A stretch of 64,000 nucleotides of DNA from Candidatus Rokuibacteriota bacterium (GTDB lineage Bacteria > Methylomirabilota > Methylomirabilia > Rokubacteriales > DASRDR01). A program made the translations under genes and the position numbers. The notes under the pieces are model-generated. The model was not told where the DNA came from. It did no database searches and worked only from the letters and a program-made list of their open reading frames with translations. This document shows, piece after piece, positions 40,272-49,827 of this stretch. The stretch covers positions 4,899 to 68,898 of the forward strand of contig JBIOTN010000067.1 in assembly GCA_044866005.1 (NCBI GenBank). Direction: 5' to 3'. Each line of letters starts with the position of its first letter. Position 1 is the first letter of the stretch.

Positions 40272-40820
40272 GTGCGCGTGCAGCGGATTGCAGGCGGTCG
40301 GCCACACGTGGGGCTCGTCCTCGCGTTGCTCGTCTCCGTCTCGCCCGCGACGGTGTCGGATGCGACCGACGTCCGGCCGGCCGTCGGGCATCGCGCGCCC
40401 GATTTCGTCCTCCGCGATCCGGACGGCCAGCCGGTCGAGCTCTCCCGGATCCTCGGCGAGCACGCCGTCCTCCTCAACTTCTGGGCGACCTGGTGTCCGC
40501 CGTGCCGCGAGGAGATGCCGACGATGGAGCGGGCGTACCGCGACTACAAGGCGCGCGGGCTCACGGTCCTGGCCGTGAGCATCGACGCCGGCAGTGAAGC
40601 ATCCGTCAGGGCGAAAGTGAAGGCGTTCATGAAGGAGCTGAAGCTCACGTTCCCGGCCGTGCTGGACGTCGAGGGCGAGGTCGTGCGCCGCTACCGGCTG
40701 CGCGGCCTCCCCACGACGTTCCTGATCGACCGGACGGGCATGATTCGATCGGAGGAGCTCGGGTTCCGGGACTGGAGCGATGCCGCGGCGCGAAGGAAGC
40801 TGGACGCCCTGCTGAAATGA
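40272..40820 (+). CDS. TlpA/ResA-family periplasmic thiol:disulfide oxidoreductase (Cys form, WCPPC)
   Basis: GTG start; signal/anchor; [13 protein letters not shown]. Confidence 0.8.
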   Translation: [182 protein letters not shown]

Positions 40821-40830
40821 GTCCCCGCCC

Positions 40831-41598
40831 ATGGCGCTGATTCACGAGCTGATGCGGAGCTGGTACCTGGTGCTGAGCCGGTTGAGCGCCGCGCTCACCG
40901 TCCCGGTGAGCGACCTCGCCGACCGGATCGAGCTCCCGCTCCTCACGGTGCTGCTCTTCGGCGTGGTCGGCGCGATGGCGCCCTGTCAGCTCACGACGAA
41001 CCTCTCGGCGATGGCCTACGTCGGGAGCCGCGCCGGCGAGGGCCGGCCCTGGCGCGAGACGCTCGCCTACCTCGCGGGGAAGGCCCTCGTCTACACGCTG
41101 GTCGGCGCCGCCGTCTTCGCGGTCGGCCGGGAGCTCCAGGCGGCGGCCATTCCCGTGGCCATGGCGGCGCGAAAGGCGCTCGGGCCCCTCATGATCCTCA
41201 TCGGCCTGGGGCTGCTGGGGCTCTACCGGCTGCGCGGCTCGCTCGGCGGTCGGCTCTCCGCCTGGCTGCGGACCCGGGCACCGCAGCGCGGCGCGTGGGG
41301 CGCCTTCCTGCTCGGCGTGGCCTTTGCCGGGAGCTTCTGTCCCACGCTCTTCTGGCTCTTCTTCGGCCTGACGATCCCGCTGGCCCTGCGGAGCGCGGCC
41401 GGGTGGAGCTTCCCGGCGGTCTTCGCGGCCGGCACCACGCTGCCCCTCGTCGCGTTCGCCGGGCTGCTCGCGCTGGGGCGCGAGGCCGGCGGGCTGGTCG
41501 AGCGCCTCCAGCGCTCCCACGGGCTCGTGCACCGGATGGCGGGGGTGGTGATCATCCTGGCGGGGATCAACGACACGCTGACGTACTGGGCGCTCTGA
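40831..41598 (+). CDS. CcdA/DsbD-family transmembrane electron transporter
   Basis: Two conserved Cys (MAPCQL, SFCPT). Confidence 0.8.
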   Translation: MALIHELMRSWYLVLSRLSAALTVPVSDLADRIELPLLTVLLFGVVGAMAPCQLTTNLSAMAYVGSRAGEGRPWRETLAYLAGKALVYTLVGAAVFAVGRELQAAAIPVAMAARKALGPLMILIGLGLLGLYRLRGSLGGRLSAWLRTRAPQRGAWGAFLLGVAFAGSFCPTLFWLFFGLTIPLALRSAAGWSFPAVFAAGTTLPLVAFAGLLALGREAGGLVERLQRSHGLVHRMAGVVIILAGINDTLTYWAL

Positions 41599-41628
41599 GA
41601 CACGGCACGCTGAAACGGAGGATCTGAC

Positions 41629-42132
41629 ATGTCGAGGATCGAGCGAGAGCGAATCGGGGCGGCGGGCGGGGAGAACGGCGCGGGGACGGCCGGCCCGGGT
41701 GGCGGCGCGCGCTACTGTGCCGTGTGCGGGACGGCGGTGGGCGGCGAGAGTCCCCCGATCGAGCGCTTCGGCGAGCCGTTCTGCTCCGAGGCGCACGCGG
41801 CGGAGTTCGTCGACCGGGTGCGGGGCGCCCGGGTCCAGGCCGCGGCGAGGCCGCCGGCCGCGGGCAGCGCGTGTGCCATGGGTGCAGGCGACGCCGCCGC
41901 GCCGGGACAGCGCGGGAAGGCGACCCTCGGGCGGGCGCTCTGCTGGGGCGCGCCGCTCCTGGTCCTCGGCGTGCTGCTGGTCGGCGGCACCGGCGCGCTG
42001 GCGGGGGCGGCCGGCGCCCTCCTGCCCGCGCTCGCGATCCTGGCCTGCCCGCTCGGGATGTACCTGATGATGCGCTCGATGTCGAAGATGGGCCACCAGG
42101 ACGACCGCGGCGACACGGATGGCCGGAAGTAG
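41629..42132 (+). CDS. YHS-like metal-binding domain protein with C-terminal Met-rich TM segment (DUF2933-like)
   Basis: YCAVCG...EPFCSEAHAAEF; C-terminal ACPLGMYLMMRSM. Confidence 0.5.
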   Translation: MSRIERERIGAAGGENGAGTAGPGGGARYCAVCGTAVGGESPPIERFGEPFCSEAHAAEFVDRVRGARVQAAARPPAAGSACAMGAGDAAAPGQRGKATLGRALCWGAPLLVLGVLLVGGTGALAGAAGALLPALAILACPLGMYLMMRSMSKMGHQDDRGDTDGRK

Positions 42133-42199
42133 CGCCGGCCGTGCGCCGGGCGCGAGCGCTCGCCCTGACGGCACGGTCGAGTAAAAAGGGGCGCGACGC

Positions 42200-42820
42200 G
42201 TGAAGCTCTACGAGCGGTACGTGTTGCCGTGGCTGATCCACCTGGCCATGCAGACCCGCGTGCACACCGCGGAGCGGGCGCGGTTCGTCCCCATCGCCAC
42301 CGGGCTGGTCCTCGAGGTCGGGGTCGGCTCGGGGCTCAACCTGCCCTTCTATGGCCCGAAGGTCGCGCGGCTCTACGCGCTCGACCCCTCACGAGAGCTC
42401 TGGCGGCTGGCGCGCCGGCGGCTGCGAGCGGTCGCGTTCCCGGTCGACTATCTCGCGGCCTCGGCGGAGCAGATTCCCCTGGACGACGGGAGCGTGGACT
42501 CCGTCGTGAGCACGTGGACCCTCTGCACGATCCCGGATCCCGCCAGCGCGCTCGGCGAGATCAAGCGCGTCCTGAAGCCGGACGGGCGCTTCGTCTTCGT
42601 CGAGCACGGACGGGCGCCCGAGCCGGGCGTGCGCCGCTGGCAGCAGCGGCTCGACCGGGTCTGGCCGCGGATCGCGGGGGGCTGCCACCTCGGCCGCCAG
42701 ATCGACGACGTGATCGCCGGAGCCGGGTTCCGCGTGGCGCAGATCGAGCGCGGGTACACGCCGGGCTTGCCCCGGCCGTTCGGATACCGGTTCAAGGGGC
42801 TCGCCCAGCGCCCCGACTGA
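42200..42820 (+). CDS. Class I SAM-dependent methyltransferase
   Basis: VLEVGVGSG motif; paralogue at 50453. Confidence 0.8.
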   Translation: MKLYERYVLPWLIHLAMQTRVHTAERARFVPIATGLVLEVGVGSGLNLPFYGPKVARLYALDPSRELWRLARRRLRAVAFPVDYLAASAEQIPLDDGSVDSVVSTWTLCTIPDPASALGEIKRVLKPDGRFVFVEHGRAPEPGVRRWQQRLDRVWPRIAGGCHLGRQIDDVIAGAGFRVAQIERGYTPGLPRPFGYRFKGLAQRPD

Positions 42821-42836
42821 CCAACGGGAGGAAGAC

Positions 42837-43739
42837 GTGCGAAGACGCATACTGAGCTGGTTTCGGGTCGTAGGAGCGGGGGCGGCGCTGCTCGGGGCGA
42901 CAGGGCTTGCGTCCGCCGCCTCGCAGCATCCTGGCACGGCGAGCTCGACGTTCGAGCATGTCCACGCCCTGGCGATGGACGCCGAGGGCCGGACGCTCTG
43001 GCTCGGGACTCACGCCGGGCTCTTCCGGACCGAAGGCGGGGGACGGTCGTGGGAGCCGGTGGCGCTGCCTGTGCCGGCGGGCCACGCCGACATCATGACG
43101 GTGACCACCGACCCGGGCGATTCCCGGGTGCTCTACGCCGCCACGCACGATGCCGGGGTCTTCAAGAGCGTGGACGGCGGGGCGACGTGGAAAGCCGTGA
43201 ACGCCGGCCTCGGCGGGCTGGACGTCCACGGGCTCGCCGTCGACCCGAACACGCCGTCGAAGCTCCACGCCGCCGTGCGGGACAAGGGCGAGGGGATCTA
43301 TCGGAGCACCGATGGCGGCGGCAAGTGGACGCGCGTGGACGATGGACCCGGCGGCGAGGTCAAGGTCCTGGCCTCGGTCAACATGCCGACGGGGATGGGC
43401 GGCATCTGGCTGTACGCGGGCACGGCCGAGGGGCTTCAGCGGAACCCCGACTGTTTCTGAGGGTGGAAGCTCATGGCGGGCGGTCTGCCCGCCGGAAAGA
43501 CGGTGAACGGCTTCGCGGTGGATCCCACCAATCCGCGCCTGATGTACGTCGCGATGCGGGACGGCCTCTTCCGCAGCACGGATGGCGGCGAGAGCTGGAA
43601 GCCGGTAGGTAAGGGGCTCCGGGACATGGCGGTCGTGGTCGTGAACCCGAAGCGGCCGGCCGAGGTCTACGCGGCGACGACCGATGGGATGATCTACCGG
43701 AGCGCCGACGGAGGAACCACGTGGGAACGCCGGAAGTGA
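42837..43739 (+). CDS. Secreted BNR/Ycf48-like beta-propeller protein interrupted by an in-frame TGA (43458-43460)
   Basis: ORFs 42837-43460 and 43473-43739 are in the same frame. SxDGGxxW repeats lie on both sides of the TGA, and a 7-bp hairpin with a GGUCU loop sits 15 nt after it. Confidence 0.5.
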
Positions 43740-45265
43740 CGACGCTGTCGCGGCGGGACTTCCTCCGCCTGTCGGGCGGGGCCGGGGTCGGCGCCGTGGC
43801 CTTCTCGCTCGGCGGCGGCGTGCTCTCCCGCGCGGGCGCCGCGCCGGCCGGCGGGCGGGGCGTCCGGGAGATCCGGCTCGAGGCGAGCGACCTCACGTGG
43901 GAGCTCGCACCGGGGAAGCGCGTCAAGGCCATGGCCTACGGCGGCCAGGTCCCGGGGCCGGAGCTGCGGGTCAAGGAAGGCGAGCGCGTGCGCGTCATCC
44001 TGACGAACCGCCTCGCCGAGCCGACGACGATCCACTGGCACGGGGTGGACGTCCCGAACGCCATGGATGGCGTGCCGGCGGTCACGCAGAAGCCGGTGCC
44101 GCCCGGCGAGAGCTTCGTCTACGAGTTCGAGGCGCGGCCCGCCGGGACGCGCTGGTACCACACGCACGCCGACGAGCATCGGCAGCTGGACCTCGGTCTC
44201 GCGGCGCCGTTGATCATCGAGCCGGCGACCGCCGAGCCCTTCCCCTTCGACCGCGAGTACACGCTCGTCCTCGACGACTGGGCGACCGGGACGGGTCCGG
44301 CATTGCCGCCGACGCGCGAGGGGATCGCCGGCGCGCGCGGCGGCATGGGCGGGATGATGGGCCGAATGGGCGGCGGCATGGGCCGCATGATGGAAGGGAT
44401 GATGGGCCGGGGCGGCATGGGCGGGATGATGGGCGGCCAGATGTCGGGACGCGGGCACGAGCCGGCCTACGACACGATGACGATCAACGGCAAGGCCTAC
44501 CCGGCGACGACCCCGCTCACCGTGCGGAAGGGCGAGCGGGTCCGCCTGCGGCTGATCAACGCCAGCGCCGACCACACGCACGTGATCCGGCTCGCCGGCC
44601 ACCGCCTCCGGGTCACCCACACCGACGGCAATCCGCTCGTCCAGCCGGTCGAGGTGGACGCGATCCCGATCGCGCCCAGCGAGCGCTACGACGTCCTGTT
44701 CGTGGCCGATCGGCCGGGCGCGTGGTTCCTCCACTGTGTGCAGACCGGTCACCCGGGCGCGGGCGAGCAGGTCGCCGTGGTGTACGAGGGGCACGAGGGC
44801 GAGAGACCCGACCCGCCGGCCGGGGGCGTGGCCGGGCTCGACCTCTGGCAGTACGGGCTCGGCCGGGGCCGGGACGTGCTGCCGCGCGCGTGGGGGGGCG
44901 AGCGCGCGTTCGACCTCCTGCTGAGCGGCGGCATGATGGGCTCGGACGCCTGGACGATCAACGGCAAGCAGTACCCGCGCACGGATCCACTGCGCGTCCG
45001 GAAGGGCGACCGGGTCCGCGTCCGGTTCGAGAACCACAGCATGGAGGCGCACCCGATGCACCTCCACGGGCAGTCGTTCAAGGTCCTCGCCGTCAACGGC
45101 GCCCGGTACGCGGCCCCCATCGTGAAGGACAGCGTGGACGTGGACGCTCACATGGGCTCGGTCGTCGTCGAGTTCACCGCCCACAACCCCGGCGACTGGT
45201 TCCTCCACTGCCACAAGCCCATGCACATGGAGGGCGGCATGATCACCCTCGCCCAGATCGCCTGA
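43721..45265 (+). CDS. Multicopper oxidase (CopA/CueO-like) with Tat signal and Met/Gly-rich insert
   Basis: RRDFL; HWHG, HTH, HCH..H copper ligands. Confidence 0.9.
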   Translation: MGTPEVTTLSRRDFLRLSGGAGVGAVAFSLGGGVLSRAGAAPAGGRGVREIRLEASDLTWELAPGKRVKAMAYGGQVPGPELRVKEGERVRVILTNRLAEPTTIHWHGVDVPNAMDGVPAVTQKPVPPGESFVYEFEARPAGTRWYHTHADEHRQLDLGLAAPLIIEPATAEPFPFDREYTLVLDDWATGTGPALPPTREGIAGARGGMGGMMGRMGGGMGRMMEGMMGRGGMGGMMGGQMSGRGHEPAYDTMTINGKAYPATTPLTVRKGERVRLRLINASADHTHVIRLAGHRLRVTHTDGNPLVQPVEVDAIPIAPSERYDVLFVADRPGAWFLHCVQTGHPGAGEQVAVVYEGHEGERPDPPAGGVAGLDLWQYGLGRGRDVLPRAWGGERAFDLLLSGGMMGSDAWTINGKQYPRTDPLRVRKGDRVRVRFENHSMEAHPMHLHGQSFKVLAVNGARYAAPIVKDSVDVDAHMGSVVVEFTAHNPGDWFLHCHKPMHMEGGMITLAQIA

Positions 45266-45338
45266 CGATGTCGGACGGACGGCGAGGAGGCGAGGGCGGG
45301 AAGTCGCCGCATGGGCCGCTCGGGAGGAGGCCGACACC

Positions 45339-45914
45339 GTGAACCTGTCACGCTGGGGTTGGGGTTCCCGCGCCTCCCGGCTCGGATTGTTGGTGCTGGT
45401 GGGCCTGGCGGCGCCGGCGCTCGCGGCCTCGGGGCCCGGCGACGCGCCCAGGGACCCCTTCGACACCATGGGCGTGCACCGTCCGGCGGAGCCGGCGCCG
45501 GCTCCGGATCTGGCCTTCCGGTCGCTGGACGGTCGCGAGGCGCGCCTGCGCGACCTCCGGGGCAAGGTGGTCCTCCTCGGTTTGTTCCGGACCGACTGAC
45601 CCAACTGCCGGCGGGAGGCTCCCGCCAAGGCGGCGCTGTATCGGGCGTTCCGGGCAAAGGGACTGGAAGTCGTGGGACTCGACCTGGGGGAATCGGCGGA
45701 GATGGTCCGAGCCTTCGCGAGAGAGTTCCAGGTGACGTTCCCCATGTGGCTCGACCCCGCGGGCCAGAGTCCGGCGGCCCTCGGCGTCTACGGGCATCCC
45801 AACACGATCGTCATCGACCGCGAGGGCCGCATCGTCGGCCGCGTCCGGGGCGAGCGTGACTGGGGCACCGACGACGCCCGACGTCTGGTCGAGGTCCTGT
45901 TGAGCCGCCGATGA
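45339..45914 (+). CDS. TlpA/redoxin-family periplasmic oxidoreductase with D-[TGA]-PNC (UxxC); candidate selenoprotein
   Basis: ORFs 45339-45599 and 45672-45914 are in the same frame. GKVVLLGLFRTD-U-PNCRREAP aligns with [21 protein letters not shown] of the Cys paralogue at 40272. Hairpin 10 nt after the TGA. Confidence 0.6.
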
Positions 45915-46651
45915 CCCGGAAAACGGGGCTGGCCAGAATGCCGCGAGCGGCGTGGCTCGCCGGCCTCGTCGTCCTGCACGCCGCCGTCGCCGCCGTGGCG
46001 ACGTGGATGGCGGTCACCGGGCAATGGCCCCGCGCGCTGGGGCTCGGAGCGGCCGGCGAGTCCACGCCGGCGACCCTGGAGACGCTCGGCCGGTACGGCG
46101 AACTGCCGGACTTCCGGCTGACCGAGCGGAGCGGCGACAGTGTGAGCCGGGCCGACCTGCTCGGGAAGGTCTGGGTGGCGAACTTCGTCTACACGCAGTG
46201 CACCGAGACGTGCCCGCTGCAGACGGCCGAGATCGCGCGACTCCAGGCCGAGTTCGTGGGGGAGGCGGACTTCCGGCTCGTCTCGATCACCGTGGACCCC
46301 GAGCGGGATGACACGGCGGCCCTGTCGCGCTACGCGGAGCGCTACGGAGCGGACAGGCAGCGCTGGCTGTTCCTCACCGGGGACAAACGCGCGATCTACC
46401 GCCTCGCCAAGGACGGCTTCCGCCTGGGCGTCGTCGATCCCGACGACCCCGGAGCGAGCCAGACGAGCCTTCTCCACTCCTTCTCACCGGCCGCGGCGTG
46501 GGCGACCCACGGCTCCCAGGGCCTGATCATGCACAGCTCCCGGTTGGTGGTCGTGGACCGGACCGCGACGATCCGCGCCTATCACCTCCCCGACGACCCG
46601 CAATCGCTCGCTCGTCTCCGGCGGAACGTGCGGAGCGTGCTCCACCCGTGA
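45911..46651 (+). CDS. SCO1/SenC-family copper chaperone
   Basis: YTQCTETCP CxxxC; ATGA overlap with the previous gene. Confidence 0.8.
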   Translation: MTRKTGLARMPRAAWLAGLVVLHAAVAAVATWMAVTGQWPRALGLGAAGESTPATLETLGRYGELPDFRLTERSGDSVSRADLLGKVWVANFVYTQCTETCPLQTAEIARLQAEFVGEADFRLVSITVDPERDDTAALSRYAERYGADRQRWLFLTGDKRAIYRLAKDGFRLGVVDPDDPGASQTSLLHSFSPAAAWATHGSQGLIMHSSRLVVVDRTATIRAYHLPDDPQSLARLRRNVRSVLHP

Positions 46652-46784
46652 ACCAGCTCTGGAGGCTCGGCCGCTGGGCGGCCGCTGGCCTGGTCGTCGC
46701 CGTCGTGGCCAAGGTCAGCCTGGAGATCATGCGCGGCGGCCCGGGCCGCCACAACGTCGAGGCGGTGCGCGACGCGCGCGGCGG

Positions 46785-47369
46785 ATGAGGTCGCCGATGC
46801 CTCGCCTCGGAAAGTACGCCATGGTGCTCGTCCCGGCCGTCGGCCTGATCGGGCTCCTCGCCTATGGCTTTAGCCGGGACCCCCGCGACATCCGCTCGCC
46901 GCTCCTCGGGCGCCCCGCCCCGCCGCTGTCGCTGACGCTCTTCGACGGCAGCCGGTTCGTCCTGGCCCAGCAGGCGGACAAGGTCGTCGTCGTGAACTTC
47001 TGGGCGTCCTGGTGCCTGCCGTGCCGGGACGAGGCGCCGCTCCTCGAGGCCGCCTGGGTCGCCTACCGGGAGCGCGGGGTCGTCGTGGTCGGGGTAAACT
47101 TTCAGGACGCGGAGCCCGCCGCGCGCGCCTTCCTCGGTGAGTTCGGCCTGACGTACCCGAACGGGCCCGACGCCGGTGGGCGGATCGCGATCGGCTACGG
47201 CGTCTACGGGATCCCCGAGCTGTTCGTCATCGGGCGGGACGGGCGGATCGCGTACAAGCACATCGGCGCGATCGGGGGGACTGTGCTCGTGGCGAAGGTC
47301 GAAGAGGCCCTCCGCGGCACGGTCAGCGCGAGCGAGGGGCGGAGCGGGCGCTATCAACCGATCCGGTGA
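46785..47369 (+). CDS. DsbE/CcmG-like thiol:disulfide oxidoreductase
   Basis: NFWASWCLPCRDE. Confidence 0.8.
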   Translation: MRSPMPRLGKYAMVLVPAVGLIGLLAYGFSRDPRDIRSPLLGRPAPPLSLTLFDGSRFVLAQQADKVVVVNFWASWCLPCRDEAPLLEAAWVAYRERGVVVVGVNFQDAEPAARAFLGEFGLTYPNGPDAGGRIAIGYGVYGIPELFVIGRDGRIAYKHIGAIGGTVLVAKVEEALRGTVSASEGRSGRYQPIR

Positions 47370-47386
47370 CCGAAAGGAGCCACTCG

Positions 47387-47875
47387 GTGTCGCAGGACGA
47401 TCGGAACGTCGAGCGATCGCGCATCACGCTGCTGGCCGGAGGCCTCGCCCTGGCGCTCACCCTGGCGACCCGGCGGGAATCTCGCGCGGCGCCAACGCCC
47501 TTTCCCGAGGTCATGGTCTACAAGACCCCGACCTGACGCTGCTGCGACGCGTGGGTGGGGCACCTGCGCCAGCACGGGTTTTCGGTGACGGTCGAGAATC
47601 GCACGGACCTCCGGCCGATCAAGGCGAAGCACGCGGTGCCGGCCGAGCTCCAGACCTGTCACACGGCGCTCGTCGGCGGCTACGTCGTGGAAGGGCACGT
47701 GCCGGCCGACCTGATCGTCCGCCTGCTCCGCGAGCGGTCGCCGGTGGCCGGCCTCGCCGTCCCCGGGATGCCGGTCGGGTCGCCCGGGATGGAAGTGCCG
47801 GGGAGCCCGGCGGCCAAATATCAGGTCTTCAGCTTCGACCGGAGCGGCAAGACGACGGTGTTCGCGAGCCGGTGA
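47387..47875 (+). CDS. DUF411/CopG-family periplasmic copper-binding protein with T-[TGA]-RCC (UxCC in place of CxCC); candidate selenoprotein
   Basis: GTG start after AAAGGAG. Signal peptide, then MVYKTPT-U-RCCDAW. The C-terminal half (ORF 47555-47875) is in frame. A 9-bp hairpin lies 12 nt after the TGA. Confidence 0.6.
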
Positions 47876-47881
47876 GACGGC

Positions 47882-48235
47882 ATGGCGGGAGCCGGTCGCC
47901 GCGGCGTGCTGGTCGGTTTCGGTCTCGCGGCCCAGGTCCTGGGCGCGGTGGGCCCCGCCGGGGCGACGCCGCTCCAGAACCTGGCCGACGACCAGGTCGT
48001 CCGGACGATCCGCTACTGCCGCGGCGAGTACCGGCTCACCATGGCGAGCGGCGCGCGCCGGCGCTTCCCCGAGTTCAACCTGCGCTTCAAGACCGATGGC
48101 AGCCGGGAAGGCCCGGAGCGCGGCCGGCCGGTGTTACTGCCGGCCGGGATGCAAGGGGACCGCGGGCAGGTGATCTTCAGCGGCCCGGAGGAGCTCAGGC
48201 GCTTCCTCGTCGAGGGGTGTGACGGCACGCCGTAG
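47882..48235 (+). CDS. Hypothetical secreted protein
   Basis: Signal peptide; compact spacing in the operon. Confidence 0.4.
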   Translation: MAGAGRRGVLVGFGLAAQVLGAVGPAGATPLQNLADDQVVRTIRYCRGEYRLTMASGARRRFPEFNLRFKTDGSREGPERGRPVLLPAGMQGDRGQVIFSGPEELRRFLVEGCDGTP

Positions 48236-49127
48236 CGGGGGTGCCGCGGCCCTTCTCATCCTTCTGCTGGCCTCCGCGCCGCCGGCGCCGTCCCACGAAC
48301 TGCCGACCTTCCCGCGGGTCCGCCTCCTCTCGGCCTCGCCGCATCGGTGGGACCCTGGGATTCGCATCGTGACCGTCGAGGTGCGCGACCCGAGCGGGCG
48401 CGAGCCGGTGGCGGGCGCGGAGGTGGTCGTCTCGGGGCTCGAGCGGGAGCGTGGCTCGGCCGTCCGCCTGCGCGACCACTGGCTCGCGCCGACCCCGCAG
48501 GCCGGCGTCTACCAGGGAGCCGTGGAGTTCCCGGGACCCGGCCTGTGGGACTTGACGGTCACCGTGAAAGGTCGCTACGTCGGCGAGGCGCACTTCACGC
48601 TCGAGGTCACCGGCGCCGGGCCGCGGGCGGCCTCGCGAGGCGGTCAGCCGGAGCTTGCCTTCGGCTGGCAGGGCTGGCGGTTGCTCGTGCTGAACTGGGG
48701 CCACCTCCTCGGCTTTGGTCTCTGGCTCGGCATCACGGCGCTCGCGCTCGCGCGGCGGGACCCCGCGCCCCGGGCGACGGTGCGCCTGACCTGGCTTGCG
48801 CTCGCCATCGGCGTCGCCACCGGCTTCAACAAGATGGAATACGGGACTCCGTTTCCCCGCGGCCTGCGCCTCCTCGACTGGGACGTGCCGCGGATCTTCT
48901 TCGGCCGGGAGTACCTCTACACCCTGACGGCGAAGCATCTCTTGATCGTCGCGGCCTTCGCCGTGACGGCCTGGATGACGCGCCTCGTCTGGCGCGCCGA
49001 GCCGAGCGCCGCGGGTGGCCGGCGGTTCCGGCAGCTCCTCCTCGTGAACCTGCTGCTCGCCCTGGCCATCGGCGGCGCAGCCGCGATCCTCGGACTGCTC
49101 CACGCGATCGTTCTCCACTTCGCCTGA
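48219..49127 (+). CDS. Membrane protein with a periplasmic Ig-like N-domain and four or more C-terminal TM helices (CopC/CopD-like?)
   Basis: Signal peptide, then a hydrophobic C-terminal half. Confidence 0.5.
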   Translation: MTARRSGGAAALLILLLASAPPAPSHELPTFPRVRLLSASPHRWDPGIRIVTVEVRDPSGREPVAGAEVVVSGLERERGSAVRLRDHWLAPTPQAGVYQGAVEFPGPGLWDLTVTVKGRYVGEAHFTLEVTGAGPRAASRGGQPELAFGWQGWRLLVLNWGHLLGFGLWLGITALALARRDPAPRATVRLTWLALAIGVATGFNKMEYGTPFPRGLRLLDWDVPRIFFGREYLYTLTAKHLLIVAAFAVTAWMTRLVWRAEPSAAGGRRFRQLLLVNLLLALAIGGAAAILGLLHAIVLHFA

Positions 49128-49154
49128 GCCGGCCGGCACGGCGGAATGAATCCT

Positions 49155-49197
49155 CTTGACAGGAGTAGACTGGCAGTCTTTTAATGACCCGAAGTCA
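49155..49197 (+). promoter_or_regulatory. AT-rich sigma70-like promoter (TTGACA-N17-TTTTAAT) with embedded palindrome AGACTGGCAGTCT, a candidate TetR operator
   Basis: Stands out as AT-rich in a GC-rich context, immediately upstream of the TetR gene. Confidence 0.45.
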
Positions 49198-49827
49198 GTG
49201 GGTACGAGAGAGCGCCGGGCCCGTGAGAGAATCGCCCGTCGAGAGACGATCCTCGACGCGGCCCGGGCGATCTTCGCCGATCGGGGCTTGCTGGCGAGCA
49301 CGATCGACGAGATCGCCGAGCGCGCGGAAGTCGCCAAGGGGACGATCTACCTCTACTTCAAGTCCAAGGAGGAGATGCTGATGGCTCTCCTCGAGGAGGC
49401 CGCCACACTGCTCGCCCATCGGATGACGAAGGCCACCGACCTCGCCCGTCCCGCCGACGAGAATCTGCGGCGGATCGCCGAGGTCTACTGCCGCTTTGCC
49501 CGTGAGGAGCCCCAGTACTTCAAGCTCGTCGCTCTCTTCTGCCAGAGCGAGATCAAAGCGAAGGTCGGCGGCGGAGCCATGGCTCCAGGCGGAACGTGCC
49601 TCGAGGGGCTCGCATCGCTCATCGAGAAGGGCATCCACGAAGGGACCTTCGCTCCGTCGACCGATCCCTGGAAAGCCGCCGCCGTGGGATGGGCCTCCAC
49701 GAATGGGATCCTGCTGCTCTTCGAGCAGCATCCCGAGCAAGGCGAGAGGCTACCGGTTGCCGTCGATGATCTCCTGCGGGAGTCGACCGAGCTCTTCATC
49801 CGCGGGTTGAAGGCGGGCAAAGTCTAA
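49198..49827 (+). CDS. TetR/AcrR-family transcriptional regulator
   Basis: N-terminal HTH ILDAARAIFADRGLLASTIDEIAERAEVAKGTIYLYF. Confidence 0.8.
   Translation: MGTRERRARERIARRETILDAARAIFADRGLLASTIDEIAERAEVAKGTIYLYFKSKEEMLMALLEEAATLLAHRMTKATDLARPADENLRRIAEVYCRFAREEPQYFKLVALFCQSEIKAKVGGGAMAPGGTCLEGLASLIEKGIHEGTFAPSTDPWKAAAVGWASTNGILLLFEQHPEQGERLPVAVDDLLRESTELFIRGLKAGKV

Noticed and set aside
46649-46788. 46-aa ORF (VNQLWRLGRWAAAGLVVAVVAKV...) between SCO1 and the CcmG-like gene
   Set aside because: It is too short to support without homology, although it has one hydrophobic segment. It overlaps both neighbours.
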